Of a stretch of 64,000 bases of DNA, positions 36,744 to 46,108 are shown in pieces; the first letter of the stretch is position 1; every line of letters begins with the position of its first letter. Source of the stretch: Planctomycetes bacterium GWF2_41_51 (lineage in GTDB: Bacteria; Planctomycetota; Phycisphaerae; Sedimentisphaerales; UBA12454); assembly GCA_001825665.1 (NCBI GenBank), contig MHXZ01000078.1:5729-69728 (forward strand), read 5' to 3'. Both the position numbers and the translations under genes were made by a program. Below the pieces are notes generated by a model. The model made no database searches. It worked only from the letters and a program-made list of their open reading frames with translations, and was not told the DNA's origin.

Positions 36744-38824
36744 TGTTCTAAATTCAAGAGTTTAGTAACTTCTGTTTTGGCTTTATCTAAATCATCGAAC
36801 CAATATGCTTCTAATAAAGGTTTAATCTCATGATTGATAATCATTTTATACCATGATTCATCATAGATTCTCTTTTCTCCATTTGGACAAAAATAACTAT
36901 GCCCTATTTGATAATCAGATCCCAGATTAATTTTATTCTCTGATATACTTTTATTTAGATTTGTCATCTTGGAAATAATCACCTGTATCAGTTCTGCCGA
37001 AAGTTTTCCGTCAATCAGACAATTTTTAAAGCCTTCGGTCTTAAACATAGGAAAAAGATTTATAAAACAAAATCTTCTCCGCAAGGCATAATCAACCATC
37101 GCAAGAGACCTGTCCGCAGTATTCATTGTTCCTATCAGATAAAGGTTTGGTGGTATATGAAACTTTTCGTCAGACGTTTTTGCATAAGCTAATGGCATTT
37201 CATATTTCTCTCCTCTTTTATCGTTTTCGATAAGCATCATCAATTCACCGAATATTTTGCTCAGATTTCCGCGATTGATTTCATCTATTATAAACACATA
37301 TTTATTTCCCAAATCCTCTCGAGCTTTTTTGCAGAATCTAAAAAATACTCCATTTTTTAAATCAAATTTCCCATCATCATTAGGCCGATATCCCTGTATA
37401 AAATCCTCATAAGAATACGATTGATGAAATTGAATCATCTCAACTTTTGTTTTATCTTTATACCCAATCAATGTATATGCAAGCCGTTTCGCTATGAATG
37501 TTTTCCCAACCCCCGGAGGCCCCTGCAAAACTATATTCTTCTTATATTTTAACGCATCAATAATATTATTAAATTCTTCTTCATCTATAAACAATTGAGC
37601 TAATGCATCAGACTTCGTATATTTTATTTTATTTTGTCCACCTGTATACTTGATTATTTGAAGATATTTAGAAAGAAGTGGACTATTTGTAATTTCGGTA
37701 AGAGTTTTATCCCACTCATTAGTTGGAACTGACCATTCTGCTGTTTGCATCCACTTAACTTTTCTTCGATGAAAATGTTCATATGAATTTTTTTCAAATG
37801 TATAAGGCCCAACCACTTCTCCAATACCTAATATTAATGAATTTCCTTTTTTAGCTAAAACTATATCACCCTCTTTTAACATAAAAGCAAAATCATAACA
37901 CGTTTTCGTATTGTTTGTTGGTTCTTGTGTAGGTTTATATTCCTTTTTAATAGCTTCTTTAATTTCTTTTTTTGTTTTATATTGAGTTAGGTCTCCAATT
38001 TCATCCCAGCCTATTGTTGCGATACCATCTTTTTTCCACATTTCCCATAACCCAGCTTGTACCCCAGGTGATATCGCCCAATAATTTGGCTTTTTTTCGG
38101 CTATCCCATCACCGAAATGACTTTCTTCTTCCTGTTCATTGTCAATTCTATATTTATATGCATCATAGCTAATTTCATAAAATTTTTTATCTGCGAATTT
38201 ATCTCTTAGACATTCAAGTAATCCTTGGTAATCCTCAAAACCTTCTGATAAATTTATCTGTCTTAAAAACTCTTTTGTTTCAATTTCTTTATTTTTTAAG
38301 AAAGATAGATTTGTCCCATCAAGAGAAAAATATTTTTGAGGCTTACAAATAAACATCACGGTTGTTAATTTTGCAACTCCCACATTCGGTATTTGTAAAA
38401 CATTATAAAAAAGCTCAGAAGTAATAGTGTCATTATCTAACCGCTTGCTAAATGACCACAGATTTTCCATATATTCAGGTTTGCGATCTTTTTCCCACCC
38501 AAAAAACCAGGTTAGCTGCGCATTAATAGAAGGTGTACCGATTAAATCGGTTGGGACAAATGAATTTAATGCTAAAACTGCTTTAGCTTTTGAACAATAT
38601 CTAAGTCGATTTTCTAAAGTGTTATTCCTGTTAAAGAATGCGATAAAAGTAAGCGGATCTATTTCTCTAAGCAAACCTTTTGTATCATCTGCCAAAAAAT
38701 CTTCGCGTCCACCAGAATCAGAAAAAATTTTATGGAATACTTCGCATAGTGATTTTTTATCATACTTAGTGCAGATTACATTCAGCATCTCTTCGAAAAA
38801 CGGCAGCCATGTAAAATTACTCAT
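36740..38824 (-). CDS. mcrB: McrB-type AAA+ GTPase with non-canonical N-terminal region of about 430 aa
   Basis: GPPGVGKTF, FIIDEINRGN and GTMNTADRS...RRRF motifs. Start taken as ATG 38824 (GAGGGA ribosome-binding site), because the predicted transcription start lies near the track's TTG at 38875. Confidence 0.9.
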   Translation of the reverse strand: MSNFTWLPFFEEMLNVICTKYDKKSLCEVFHKIFSDSGGREDFLADDTKGLLREIDPLTFIAFFNRNNTLENRLRYCSKAKAVLALNSFVPTDLIGTPSINAQLTWFFGWEKDRKPEYMENLWSFSKRLDNDTITSELFYNVLQIPNVGVAKLTTVMFICKPQKYFSLDGTNLSFLKNKEIETKEFLRQINLSEGFEDYQGLLECLRDKFADKKFYEISYDAYKYRIDNEQEEESHFGDGIAEKKPNYWAISPGVQAGLWEMWKKDGIATIGWDEIGDLTQYKTKKEIKEAIKKEYKPTQEPTNNTKTCYDFAFMLKEGDIVLAKKGNSLILGIGEVVGPYTFEKNSYEHFHRRKVKWMQTAEWSVPTNEWDKTLTEITNSPLLSKYLQIIKYTGGQNKIKYTKSDALAQLFIDEEEFNNIIDALKYKKNIVLQGPPGVGKTFIAKRLAYTLIGYKDKTKVEMIQFHQSYSYEDFIQGYRPNDDGKFDLKNGVFFRFCKKAREDLGNKYVFIIDEINRGNLSKIFGELMMLIENDKRGEKYEMPLAYAKTSDEKFHIPPNLYLIGTMNTADRSLAMVDYALRRRFCFINLFPMFKTEGFKNCLIDGKLSAELIQVIISKMTNLNKSISENKINLGSDYQIGHSYFCPNGEKRIYDESWYKMIINHEIKPLLEAYWFDDLDKAKTEVTKLLNLEQ

Positions 38825-38881
38825 CCCTAATCCCTCTCGAAAAAAATAACTTAGTGCCTTAGCCCTTAGTGGCAAAACAAA

Positions 38882-38910
38882 ATTATACTCCCGCCGTCTT
38901 CATATCTCAA
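38882..38910 (-). promoter_or_regulatory. candidate sigma70 promoter for mcrBC
   Basis: On the minus strand: TTGAGA, 17-nt spacer, TATAAT. Confidence 0.55.
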
Positions 38911-39220
38911 CCAATTTTATCGCATAATATTTTGCACCACTAATAAGATATTTACGTACCCATATTTACATCAAACTTGGTTCAAAAACGATACTAAAAC
39001 TACATCAAAATTTTATGATTTATGCAGAAATTAATGCAAATCTTTGAAAATTTGTTCAATTTATTAAAATGTGTTATAAACCATTACTTAAAAGCATCTT
39101 GCGGTTCAAGACTTTTCCAAAATCGCTCATAACTCCTTATTTTACGTTGTTTTTGCCTGCCCGCAACTTTGCTGGTTTTCCCCTTATTATTTCTTCAAAA
39201 ATCAAGATTTTCACAAAAAA

Positions 39221-39308
39221 TGCGCAAGTCGGAGCAAAGCTGAGACCCCCGATTTATTTAGAAAAATTCCACCTCGAAAAAAAATTGGAGGGGGCAAAAA
39301 CTTGCGCA
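39221..39308 (-). other. nested inverted repeats (candidate structured RNA or complex terminator)
   Basis: Outer 9-bp stem TGCGCAAGT / ACTTGCGCA. Inner CCCCC/GGGGG and CCTC/GAGG pairs. On the minus strand the structure is followed by TTTTTTG. Confidence 0.35.
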
Positions 39309-39391
39309 CTTTTGTGCCTTGTGGTACAAAACGAAGTCCCCTTTATAGGCGCAGATTTCCGTTTGGAATTTGTTTCTTGGTTATTGGTAAT

Positions 39392-39985
39392 TTAGATGAT
39401 GGCTGTTGCCTGATTGATAGTCTTGATGATTTCAGAAATGTCCGATGAATCTGTAAGGCATGAATCGTAGCCTTTTTTCAAAACCGCCCCAATTTCATTT
39501 TCTTTAAGACCCTCGGCGAAAGCTATTACCTTTGTGGTTTGAAGTTCCTGGCTGTTCCTGATATTGCTGCAAATATGGTCTGCATCAATACTTGCGGCCA
39601 TAAGATTAATGATAATAACATGTGGTTCAAGTTTTTGTGCTATTAGACCTGCATCGAATCCGCTGCTTGCGGTCTCGACATTGAACGTTGGGATTTTGCG
39701 TAGTTCTGCAGCTGTGTTATTGGCAAGCTCCCAGTCGCTATCAACGATCAGGATTCTTATATTATCCTGTTCGAGATGGTCGGTGGGCATATTATGGCTT
39801 TTCATAAAGCGAATCAGTTCAGAAGCCGGTATTCTCCTGTCTCTGCCGCCCGGAATCCTGTAACCCTTCAACTGCCCGCTATCAAACCATTTAGTAACAG
39901 TTCGCGGCGCAACCTTGCAAATATGGGCAACTTGTCCCGTCGTCAAAATGTCTTTTCGCTTATTATTCATTATCTTATTTGCCAA
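39392..39985 (-). CDS. excisionase-family HTH DNA-binding protein fused to a receiver-like (REC) domain
   Basis: HTH_17-like TTGQVAHICKVAPRTVTKWFDSGQLKGYRIPGGRDRRIP, then IRILIVDSD...HVIIINLM...KVIAFAEG. Confidence 0.75.
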   Translation of the reverse strand: MANKIMNNKRKDILTTGQVAHICKVAPRTVTKWFDSGQLKGYRIPGGRDRRIPASELIRFMKSHNMPTDHLEQDNIRILIVDSDWELANNTAAELRKIPTFNVETASSGFDAGLIAQKLEPHVIIINLMAASIDADHICSNIRNSQELQTTKVIAFAEGLKENEIGAVLKKGYDSCLTDSSDISEIIKTINQATAII

Positions 39986-40118
39986 TCCATTATATTTTTC
40001 GACTTAAAAACGACCCAATTTAACACAACTTCTCCATTTTTCCATATTAAATTTTATCTACTTTAACTCACGTCCGATAACCACGTATATTTTTATGGAA
40101 AATACTTAAAAAATCTAT

Positions 40119-40147
40119 TTGACAAATAATTCTAATTACTATATAGG
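40119..40147 (+). promoter_or_regulatory. candidate promoter with overlapping AT-rich palindrome (Fur/PerR-box-like) upstream of the Fur-family gene
   Basis: TTGACA at 40119-40124, with TATATA/TATAGG 15-17 nt downstream. The palindrome TAATT-CT-AATTA (40127-40138) lies in the spacer. Confidence 0.4.
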
Positions 40148-40204
40148 TTTAGCTACTATTTTGTTCGCGACATTTTTTAATCAGAAAGCGAAAGGATTTA
40201 AAGG

Positions 40205-40642
40205 TTGGATGATATAAAAGAAAAACTTGATATTTTTCATAATCACTGCAAAGCAAAAGGGTTAAAAGTTACTCCGCAGCGAACCGAAATTTACAAAACG
40301 CTGATTGCCTCAAAAGAACATCCTTCCGCCGAGATGGTTTACGAGAAAATCAGGCAGACATTACCGAATGTCTCATTCGATACCGTCAATCGCACTCTTA
40401 ACACATTAAACGATATGGGCGCAGCGTTTATAGTCGAAGGCTGCGGCGACGTCCGTCGTTTTGACGGCAATATGGAAAATCATCAGCATTTTAAATGTAT
40501 AAATTGTAAAAAAATTTTTGACTTTTCACACAAAACCTTTGACAATATATCCGTACCTGAAAATCTTTTGGGTGATTTCAAAGTTTTGCGGGCGGTTGTA
40601 TATATCGAGGGATTGTGTAAGTCATGCCAGGAAAAAAAATAA
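40205..40642 (+). CDS. Fur family transcriptional regulator (PerR-like by context)
   Basis: TPQRTEIYKTL winged helix and two CxxC pairs (CINCKK, CKSCQ). TTG start. Confidence 0.85.
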   Translation: MDDIKEKLDIFHNHCKAKGLKVTPQRTEIYKTLIASKEHPSAEMVYEKIRQTLPNVSFDTVNRTLNTLNDMGAAFIVEGCGDVRRFDGNMENHQHFKCINCKKIFDFSHKTFDNISVPENLLGDFKVLRAVVYIEGLCKSCQEKK

Positions 40643-40678
40643 CGTTGAAATATTGATTTTTTTATGAAAGGCGAAACT

Positions 40679-41251
40679 ATGAATTTAAAAGGAAGTCAGA
40701 CGGAAAAGAATTTACTAACCTCTTTCGCGGGCGAATCACAGGCACGCAACAGGTACACCTATTGGGCATCAGCCGCTAAAAAAGAAGGCTTGGAACAAGT
40801 CTCAGCTATCTTCACTGAAACAGCGGAGCAGGAAAAAGAACACGCAAAACGAATGTTCAAATTTCTCGAAGGCGGAGATGTTGAAATACAGGCGGCTTTT
40901 CCGGCAGGCGTTATAGGCAAGACAGTTGATAATCTCAAGGCCGCCGCAGAAGGCGAAAATCACGAAACCACATCGATGTATCCAGGTTTCGCGAAAGTCG
41001 CTGAAACAGAAGGTTTCAAGGAAATCGCAGCAGTATTCAGAAGCATTGCGGTAGCTGAACGAAGGCATCGCGACAGGTATCGCAAACTTGCGGAAAATAT
41101 TGAAAAGGGCATCGTTTTCAAGAGAGACTCAAAACAAAAATGGGTATGCAGAAATTGCGGATACCTTCACGAAGGTGCTGAAGCTCCGCAGATTTGCCCG
41201 GCTTGTGCACATCCGCAGGCTTATTATGAATTAGAAGCTGGCAATTACTAA
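40679..41251 (+). CDS. rbr: rubrerythrin
   Basis: [26 protein letters not shown] ferritin-like N-terminus. C-terminal rubredoxin CRNCG...CPAC. Start refined to the second ATG, which has an AAAGG ribosome-binding site. Confidence 0.92.
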   Translation: MNLKGSQTEKNLLTSFAGESQARNRYTYWASAAKKEGLEQVSAIFTETAEQEKEHAKRMFKFLEGGDVEIQAAFPAGVIGKTVDNLKAAAEGENHETTSMYPGFAKVAETEGFKEIAAVFRSIAVAERRHRDRYRKLAENIEKGIVFKRDSKQKWVCRNCGYLHEGAEAPQICPACAHPQAYYELEAGNY

Positions 41252-41278
41252 ATTAGTATTTAATTATAGAGGTGCGAT

Positions 41279-41788
41279 ATGGAACGAAAAGGTATGGTAA
41301 CGATGAAGGGCAATCCGGTAGTCCTTGTGGGTAATGAGGTTAAAGTCGGGGATAAGGCGCCGGATTTTGAAGTAACGGCAAACGACCTTTCTCCTGTGAA
41401 GTTTTCATCATTTGCCGGCAAAACATGTATTATTACTGTTGTGCCGTCGATTGATACGAAAGTTTGCGACACAATGACGCGAAAATTCAATGAGGAAGCA
41501 GCATCGTTAAAAGACGCGCAAGTTCTTGCGATAAGTATGGATTTACCATTTGCGCAAAGCCGCTGGTGCGGCAGTGCCGGCATTAAAAATCTCCAGACCT
41601 TAAGCGATTATCGGTTAGCTTCGTTCGGAAATGCTTATGGTATGTTAATAAAGGACTTACGGCTGCTGGCGCGTGGAATTTTTATAGTTGATAAAGCCGG
41701 CATTATCAGATATGTACAAACAGTTCCTGAAATAACAACTGAGCCGAATTATAAAGAAGCGATTGAAGCGGCTAAAAAACTATTATAA
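41279..41788 (+). CDS. tpx: thiol peroxidase (atypical 2-Cys peroxiredoxin)
   Basis: VVPSIDTKVCD peroxidatic Cys motif; length 169 aa. Confidence 0.9.
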   Translation: MERKGMVTMKGNPVVLVGNEVKVGDKAPDFEVTANDLSPVKFSSFAGKTCIITVVPSIDTKVCDTMTRKFNEEAASLKDAQVLAISMDLPFAQSRWCGSAGIKNLQTLSDYRLASFGNAYGMLIKDLRLLARGIFIVDKAGIIRYVQTVPEITTEPNYKEAIEAAKKLL

Positions 41789-41803
41789 TGAAAGGTTCGC
41801 AAA

Positions 41804-42985
41804 ATGAGACAAGTTAAGCCGGATGTTTTTGAAGTCGGAGCAATCGACTGGGACAGGAGGCTCTTTGATGAGATTGTCCCTTTACCGGACGGCACAAGTT
41901 ATAACTCGTATTTAATCAAAGGCAGTGAAAAAACGGCTTTGATTGATACTGTTGACCCGCCAAAATGCGATGTTTTGCTGACAAATCTTGCGGAAATGGG
42001 CATAACTAAAATCGATTATGTCATATCCCATCACGCCGAGCAGGACCATTCAGGCTCTCTGCCGGATGTACTGGCGATTTTTCCCGATGCCAAACTTGTA
42101 ACGAACAATAAGTGCAAAGGGATGCTTATAGACTTGCTCGAAATTGACGAACAAAGATTTATGGTCGTCGAAGATGCGCAAGAAATATCTCTTGGAAATA
42201 AAACTTTGAAATTTATTTTGACACCGTGGGTACACTGGCCGGAGACAATGTGCACGTATTTGCGGGAAGATAAAATTTTATTTTCGTGCGATTTCTTCGG
42301 TTCGCATCTTGCAACGACAGATTTATTCGCAGTGGATATCGACAAAGTGTTAGAGTGTAATAAGCGGTATTACGCAGAAATAATGATGCCGTTTAGAACG
42401 ATAATCACGAAAAATATTGAAAAGATTAAACCTCTGGATATCGATATTATTGCGCCAAGTCATGGGCCATTATATAATGAACCGAAGTTAATCATCGATG
42501 CGTATAAAAAATGGATAGACGAAAACGATGTTGCAAATAAGGTAATCGTGGCGTATGTTTCGATGCACGGCAGTACGAGAAAAATGGTTGACCATCTTGT
42601 CACTGCATTGATGAATCGTGGAATAGGTGTTCAGCAGTTCGACCTTGTAACTGCGGATGTCGGCAAACTCGCAATCGAAACTGTTGATGCGGCGGGGATT
42701 GTGCTTGCATCGCCAACTTTCCTTACAGCTCTTCATCCTGCGGCGGCTTATGCTGCGTTTCTGGTGAATGCACTTAGGCCGAAAACAAAGTATATGGCGT
42801 TCATGGGTTCTTTCGGATGGGCAGGTAAAGTTCTCGACCAGTTGAAACAGATGCTTTCGACAACAAAAGCTGAATTACTCGAACCGCTTGTAATAAAAGG
42901 AGTGCCGAAAGCTGATGATTATACAAAAATCGACCAGTTAGCCGATAAGATAGCAGAAAAACATAAGGAATTTGTTAAGGTATAG
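41804..42985 (+). CDS. FprA-type flavodiiron protein (metallo-beta-lactamase + flavodoxin domains)
   Basis: ISHHAEQDHSG di-iron motif and a C-terminal flavodoxin-like region (VAYVSMHGSTRKM). Confidence 0.87.
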   Translation: MRQVKPDVFEVGAIDWDRRLFDEIVPLPDGTSYNSYLIKGSEKTALIDTVDPPKCDVLLTNLAEMGITKIDYVISHHAEQDHSGSLPDVLAIFPDAKLVTNNKCKGMLIDLLEIDEQRFMVVEDAQEISLGNKTLKFILTPWVHWPETMCTYLREDKILFSCDFFGSHLATTDLFAVDIDKVLECNKRYYAEIMMPFRTIITKNIEKIKPLDIDIIAPSHGPLYNEPKLIIDAYKKWIDENDVANKVIVAYVSMHGSTRKMVDHLVTALMNRGIGVQQFDLVTADVGKLAIETVDAAGIVLASPTFLTALHPAAAYAAFLVNALRPKTKYMAFMGSFGWAGKVLDQLKQMLSTTKAELLEPLVIKGVPKADDYTKIDQLADKIAEKHKEFVKV

Positions 42986-42992
42986 ACCATAA

Positions 42993-44075
42993 ATGCTTGA
43001 AAGAATCAACAGGGCTTATAAGCAGATAGCAAGAGCTAACAATGCGCTTGGGCGCAGGATAAACGTTATGGAAGTTTGCGGCACCCATACCGTAAGTATA
43101 TTTCGCACGGGTCTGCGTGACGCTTTTCCGGAAGGACTGAAACTGCTTAGCGGGCCGGGCTGTCCTGTCTGTATCACTGACCATGGTTATATTGATGCGG
43201 TCATATCGATGGCGGAAAGAGATGACTGCATTATTGCTACTTACGGCGATATGATTCGTGTGCCGGGCAGAGAAGGTTCACTGGAAAAAAGAACGGGAAA
43301 AGGAAACATCAAAATAATCTTGAGCGCAGAAGATACTCTCAGGCTTGCCAGGGAAAATCCTGATAAAAAAATTATTTTTGTCGCGGTTGGTTTTGAAACT
43401 ACAGCTCCGGCTACCGCGGTAATCGTCAATGAAGCACGTCAACAGAACATTAAAAATCTTTATGTCTTTAGCAATCATAAATCTGTTATCCCTGCAATGA
43501 AAGCCTTGCTTACGGATAAGAATAGTCAAATAGACGCGTTTATGTGTCCGGGGCACGTGAGCGTGATTATAGGTTCGGATGCATATAAGCCATTGGTTGA
43601 TATTTATAGAAAACCTTGCGTTGTCGCAGGTTTTGAGCCGATGCAAATAATCGAAGCAATTTCGGAAATTTGCAAACAGCTTGCCGATAATACGCCTGCG
43701 GTTGCTTCTGTATATCCGGCTGCTGTTAATTCGCAAGGCAATAAAACAGCGCAAAAAATTATCGAAGATACTTTCAATGAAGTTGATGGTTATTGGCGAG
43801 GACTGGGACAAATCAAGCAAAGCACTTTAAAGCTCAAAGAACAATTCAGCGATTATGACGCCGAAAAGCAATTAGACGTTCAATTCATACCGGAAGAAGA
43901 CCTGACCGGCTGTCGATGCGGAGAAGTTTTGTGCGGACTTATCGACCCGCCTCAATGCGCGATGTTCGCAAATAACTGCACACCCGATACTCCAGTTGGG
44001 CCTTGTATGGTAAGCAGCGAAGGCGCTTGCGCAGCGTGGTTCAAATATGGACGCAGAAAAAGGCGCAATCAATGA
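42993..44075 (+). CDS. hypD: [NiFe]-hydrogenase maturation protein HypD
   Basis: VCGTHT, GPGCPVC, GFETT and CPGHVS motifs. Confidence 0.94.
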   Translation: MLERINRAYKQIARANNALGRRINVMEVCGTHTVSIFRTGLRDAFPEGLKLLSGPGCPVCITDHGYIDAVISMAERDDCIIATYGDMIRVPGREGSLEKRTGKGNIKIILSAEDTLRLARENPDKKIIFVAVGFETTAPATAVIVNEARQQNIKNLYVFSNHKSVIPAMKALLTDKNSQIDAFMCPGHVSVIIGSDAYKPLVDIYRKPCVVAGFEPMQIIEAISEICKQLADNTPAVASVYPAAVNSQGNKTAQKIIEDTFNEVDGYWRGLGQIKQSTLKLKEQFSDYDAEKQLDVQFIPEEDLTGCRCGEVLCGLIDPPQCAMFANNCTPDTPVGPCMVSSEGACAAWFKYGRRKRRNQ

Positions 44076-45085
44076 GCGGCGAAATAATTCTACTTGCGCA
44101 TGGGGGCGGAGGCAGACTGACCGACGAACTAATCCGCAATGTAATTCTTTCAGCTTTTGGAAATTTTACCCTAAACAAACTAACTGATTCTGCTGAACTT
44201 CAAATCGGGCAAAACGCGATAAATTTCACAACTGATGGTTTTGTCGTTAAACCGCTTTTTTTCAATGGCGGCGATATAGGCAAACTTGCGATATGCGGGA
44301 CGATTAACGATCTTGCGGTGAGCGGTTCAAAACCACTGGCATTGAGTATGTCGCTTATTATCGAAGAAGGCCTTGAAGTGGAAGTGCTCAGACAGCTTTT
44401 AAACAGTGCGGCAAAAACAGCAAAAGAGGAAAATGTCGAAATCGTCTGCGGTGATACGAAAGTGGTCGAGGCAGGCGCAGCAGATAAACTTTTTATCAAT
44501 ACTTCAGGAATCGGTTTGAAGCTGCCAAAAGCTGATATCGGTTTTGAAAGAATTATTCCGGGCGATAAAATAATTGTGAGCGGCACAATCGGCGATCACG
44601 GTATGACGATAATGTCGCAAAGAGAGGGAATGAAATTTGAAACTGAAATTCAAAGCGACTGCGGCTCTGTGGCTGATATTTGCAGAAATGTAATCGACGG
44701 TGTCGGCGAAAATATTAAATTTATGCGCGACCCGACACGTGGCGGACTGGCGGCAACCTTAAATGAAATCGTAAGAGAAACAAGTTGCGGAATTGAAATT
44801 GATGAACACCTCATACCGGTAAATCCATCGACAATAGCGGCGGCGGAAATGCTGGGCTTCGATATTCTGGAAATCGCAAATGAAGGAAAAGTTGTAGTCG
44901 TCGTTTCATCCGAAAAAGCAGACCGGTGCCTGGAAATTTGTAAACGAAGCAAAAACGGTAAGGACGCAGCCATAATCGGGCAAGTCATTAAAACCGATGA
45001 GCCTTTCGTGGAACTTATAACAAAAATAAAAGGCAGAAGAATCGTACAGATGCCTTACGGCAGAGAATTGCCGAGGATTTGCTGA
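44072..45085 (+). CDS. hypE: [NiFe]-hydrogenase maturation protein HypE
   Basis: AIR-synthase-like fold, HGGGG near the N-terminus, C-terminal PRIC. ATGA overlap with hypD. Confidence 0.94.
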   Translation: MSGEIILLAHGGGGRLTDELIRNVILSAFGNFTLNKLTDSAELQIGQNAINFTTDGFVVKPLFFNGGDIGKLAICGTINDLAVSGSKPLALSMSLIIEEGLEVEVLRQLLNSAAKTAKEENVEIVCGDTKVVEAGAADKLFINTSGIGLKLPKADIGFERIIPGDKIIVSGTIGDHGMTIMSQREGMKFETEIQSDCGSVADICRNVIDGVGENIKFMRDPTRGGLAATLNEIVRETSCGIEIDEHLIPVNPSTIAAAEMLGFDILEIANEGKVVVVVSSEKADRCLEICKRSKNGKDAAIIGQVIKTDEPFVELITKIKGRRIVQMPYGRELPRIC

Positions 45086-45426
45086 TGCACGAAGCAATGG
45101 TAGCGGAAAATATTGTCGAATCCATTCTATCGCAAGTTCCCTCAAAAAAAGGTAAAGTCATTCGAGTTGTAATAAGCTGCGGTCAGATGAACGCGATTAA
45201 TGACGAGGCAATGGAATTCGCGTTTGAAGCCGCGGCCGAAGGGACAATCTGTAAAGGCGCTAAACTCAAAATTAAACATATCCCACTCAAAGCAGTTTGT
45301 AAGAATTGCGGCAAGAAATTTAATTATGATTTGTATGAGCCTCAATGTCCAAAGTGCGGAAAAAGCGATGTCGAAATTGGCGAAGATGCGCCGCTATTAT
45401 TAGAAGAAATTGAATTTGAGGAATAA
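45085..45426 (+). CDS. hypA: hydrogenase nickel-insertion protein HypA
   Basis: MHE N-terminus and two CxxC pairs (CKNCG, CPKCG). 1-nt overlap with the hypE stop. Confidence 0.88.
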   Translation: MHEAMVAENIVESILSQVPSKKGKVIRVVISCGQMNAINDEAMEFAFEAAAEGTICKGAKLKIKHIPLKAVCKNCGKKFNYDLYEPQCPKCGKSDVEIGEDAPLLLEEIEFEE

Positions 45427-45446
45427 ACATCAAAGAAAGGTGCGGG

Positions 45447-46103
45447 ATGAAGATTAAAATTGAACAAAAGATTCTGGCGAAAAATGAAGATTTCGCATCA
45501 GCGAACAGAAAATATTTCAAAAGAAATGGTATTCTCTGCATCAATATGATTTCCTCGCCGGGAAGCGGCAAAACAACAATTCTCGAACAAACAGCAAAGG
45601 CTCTAAAAAATAAGCTTAATCTCGCTGTTATAGAAGGCGACCTTTATACCGAATTCGATGCAGACAGAATCCGCAAAACGGGATTGCAGGCGGTACAGAT
45701 TGAAACCAAAGGCGCCTGCCATTTGAGCGCCGAACAAATCACAAAAGCGGTTCACAAATTGGATACTGAAAAACTCGATGTTCTCGTTATAGAAAATGTC
45801 GGCAATCTCGTCTGTCCTTCGGATTTTGATTTGGGCGAAATGGCGCGAGTTGTTGTGCTCTCGACCGCCGAGGGCGATGACAAATGCGCCAAATATCCCG
45901 GTTCATTCGCGCAGGCTGATGTTTTGCTGATTAATAAAATTGACCTTGCCAAATATCTTGATTTCAAAATCAGCAAAGTTAAACGCGATGCACGAAAATT
46001 AAATAAAGAATTGAAAATTTTTGAAATATCGGCTAAAACAACTGTCGGTATGGATAAATGGTTTAATTGGCTTTTGAAAAATTGTAAAGAATTAAGGAAG
46101 TAA
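45447..46103 (+). CDS. hypB: hydrogenase nickel-incorporation GTPase HypB
   Basis: P-loop SSPGSGKTT, ENVGNLVCP and NKIDL. No His-rich N-terminal tract. Confidence 0.9.
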   Translation: MKIKIEQKILAKNEDFASANRKYFKRNGILCINMISSPGSGKTTILEQTAKALKNKLNLAVIEGDLYTEFDADRIRKTGLQAVQIETKGACHLSAEQITKAVHKLDTEKLDVLVIENVGNLVCPSDFDLGEMARVVVLSTAEGDDKCAKYPGSFAQADVLLINKIDLAKYLDFKISKVKRDARKLNKELKIFEISAKTTVGMDKWFNWLLKNCKELRK

Positions 46104-46108
46104 GAAAT

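Noticed and set aside
39074-39130. 18-codon mini-ORF (MSDFGKVLNRKMLLSNGL) with AAGGAG upstream
   Set aside because: The SD-to-ATG spacing is only 2 nt and no conservation can be assessed. It is mentioned only inside the spacer finding.
39069-39395. 108-aa plus-strand ORF in the mcrB upstream spacer
   Set aside because: It has no ribosome-binding site and a low-complexity hydrophobic/basic product, and it runs into the 3' end of the HTH-REC gene. The region is treated as non-coding.
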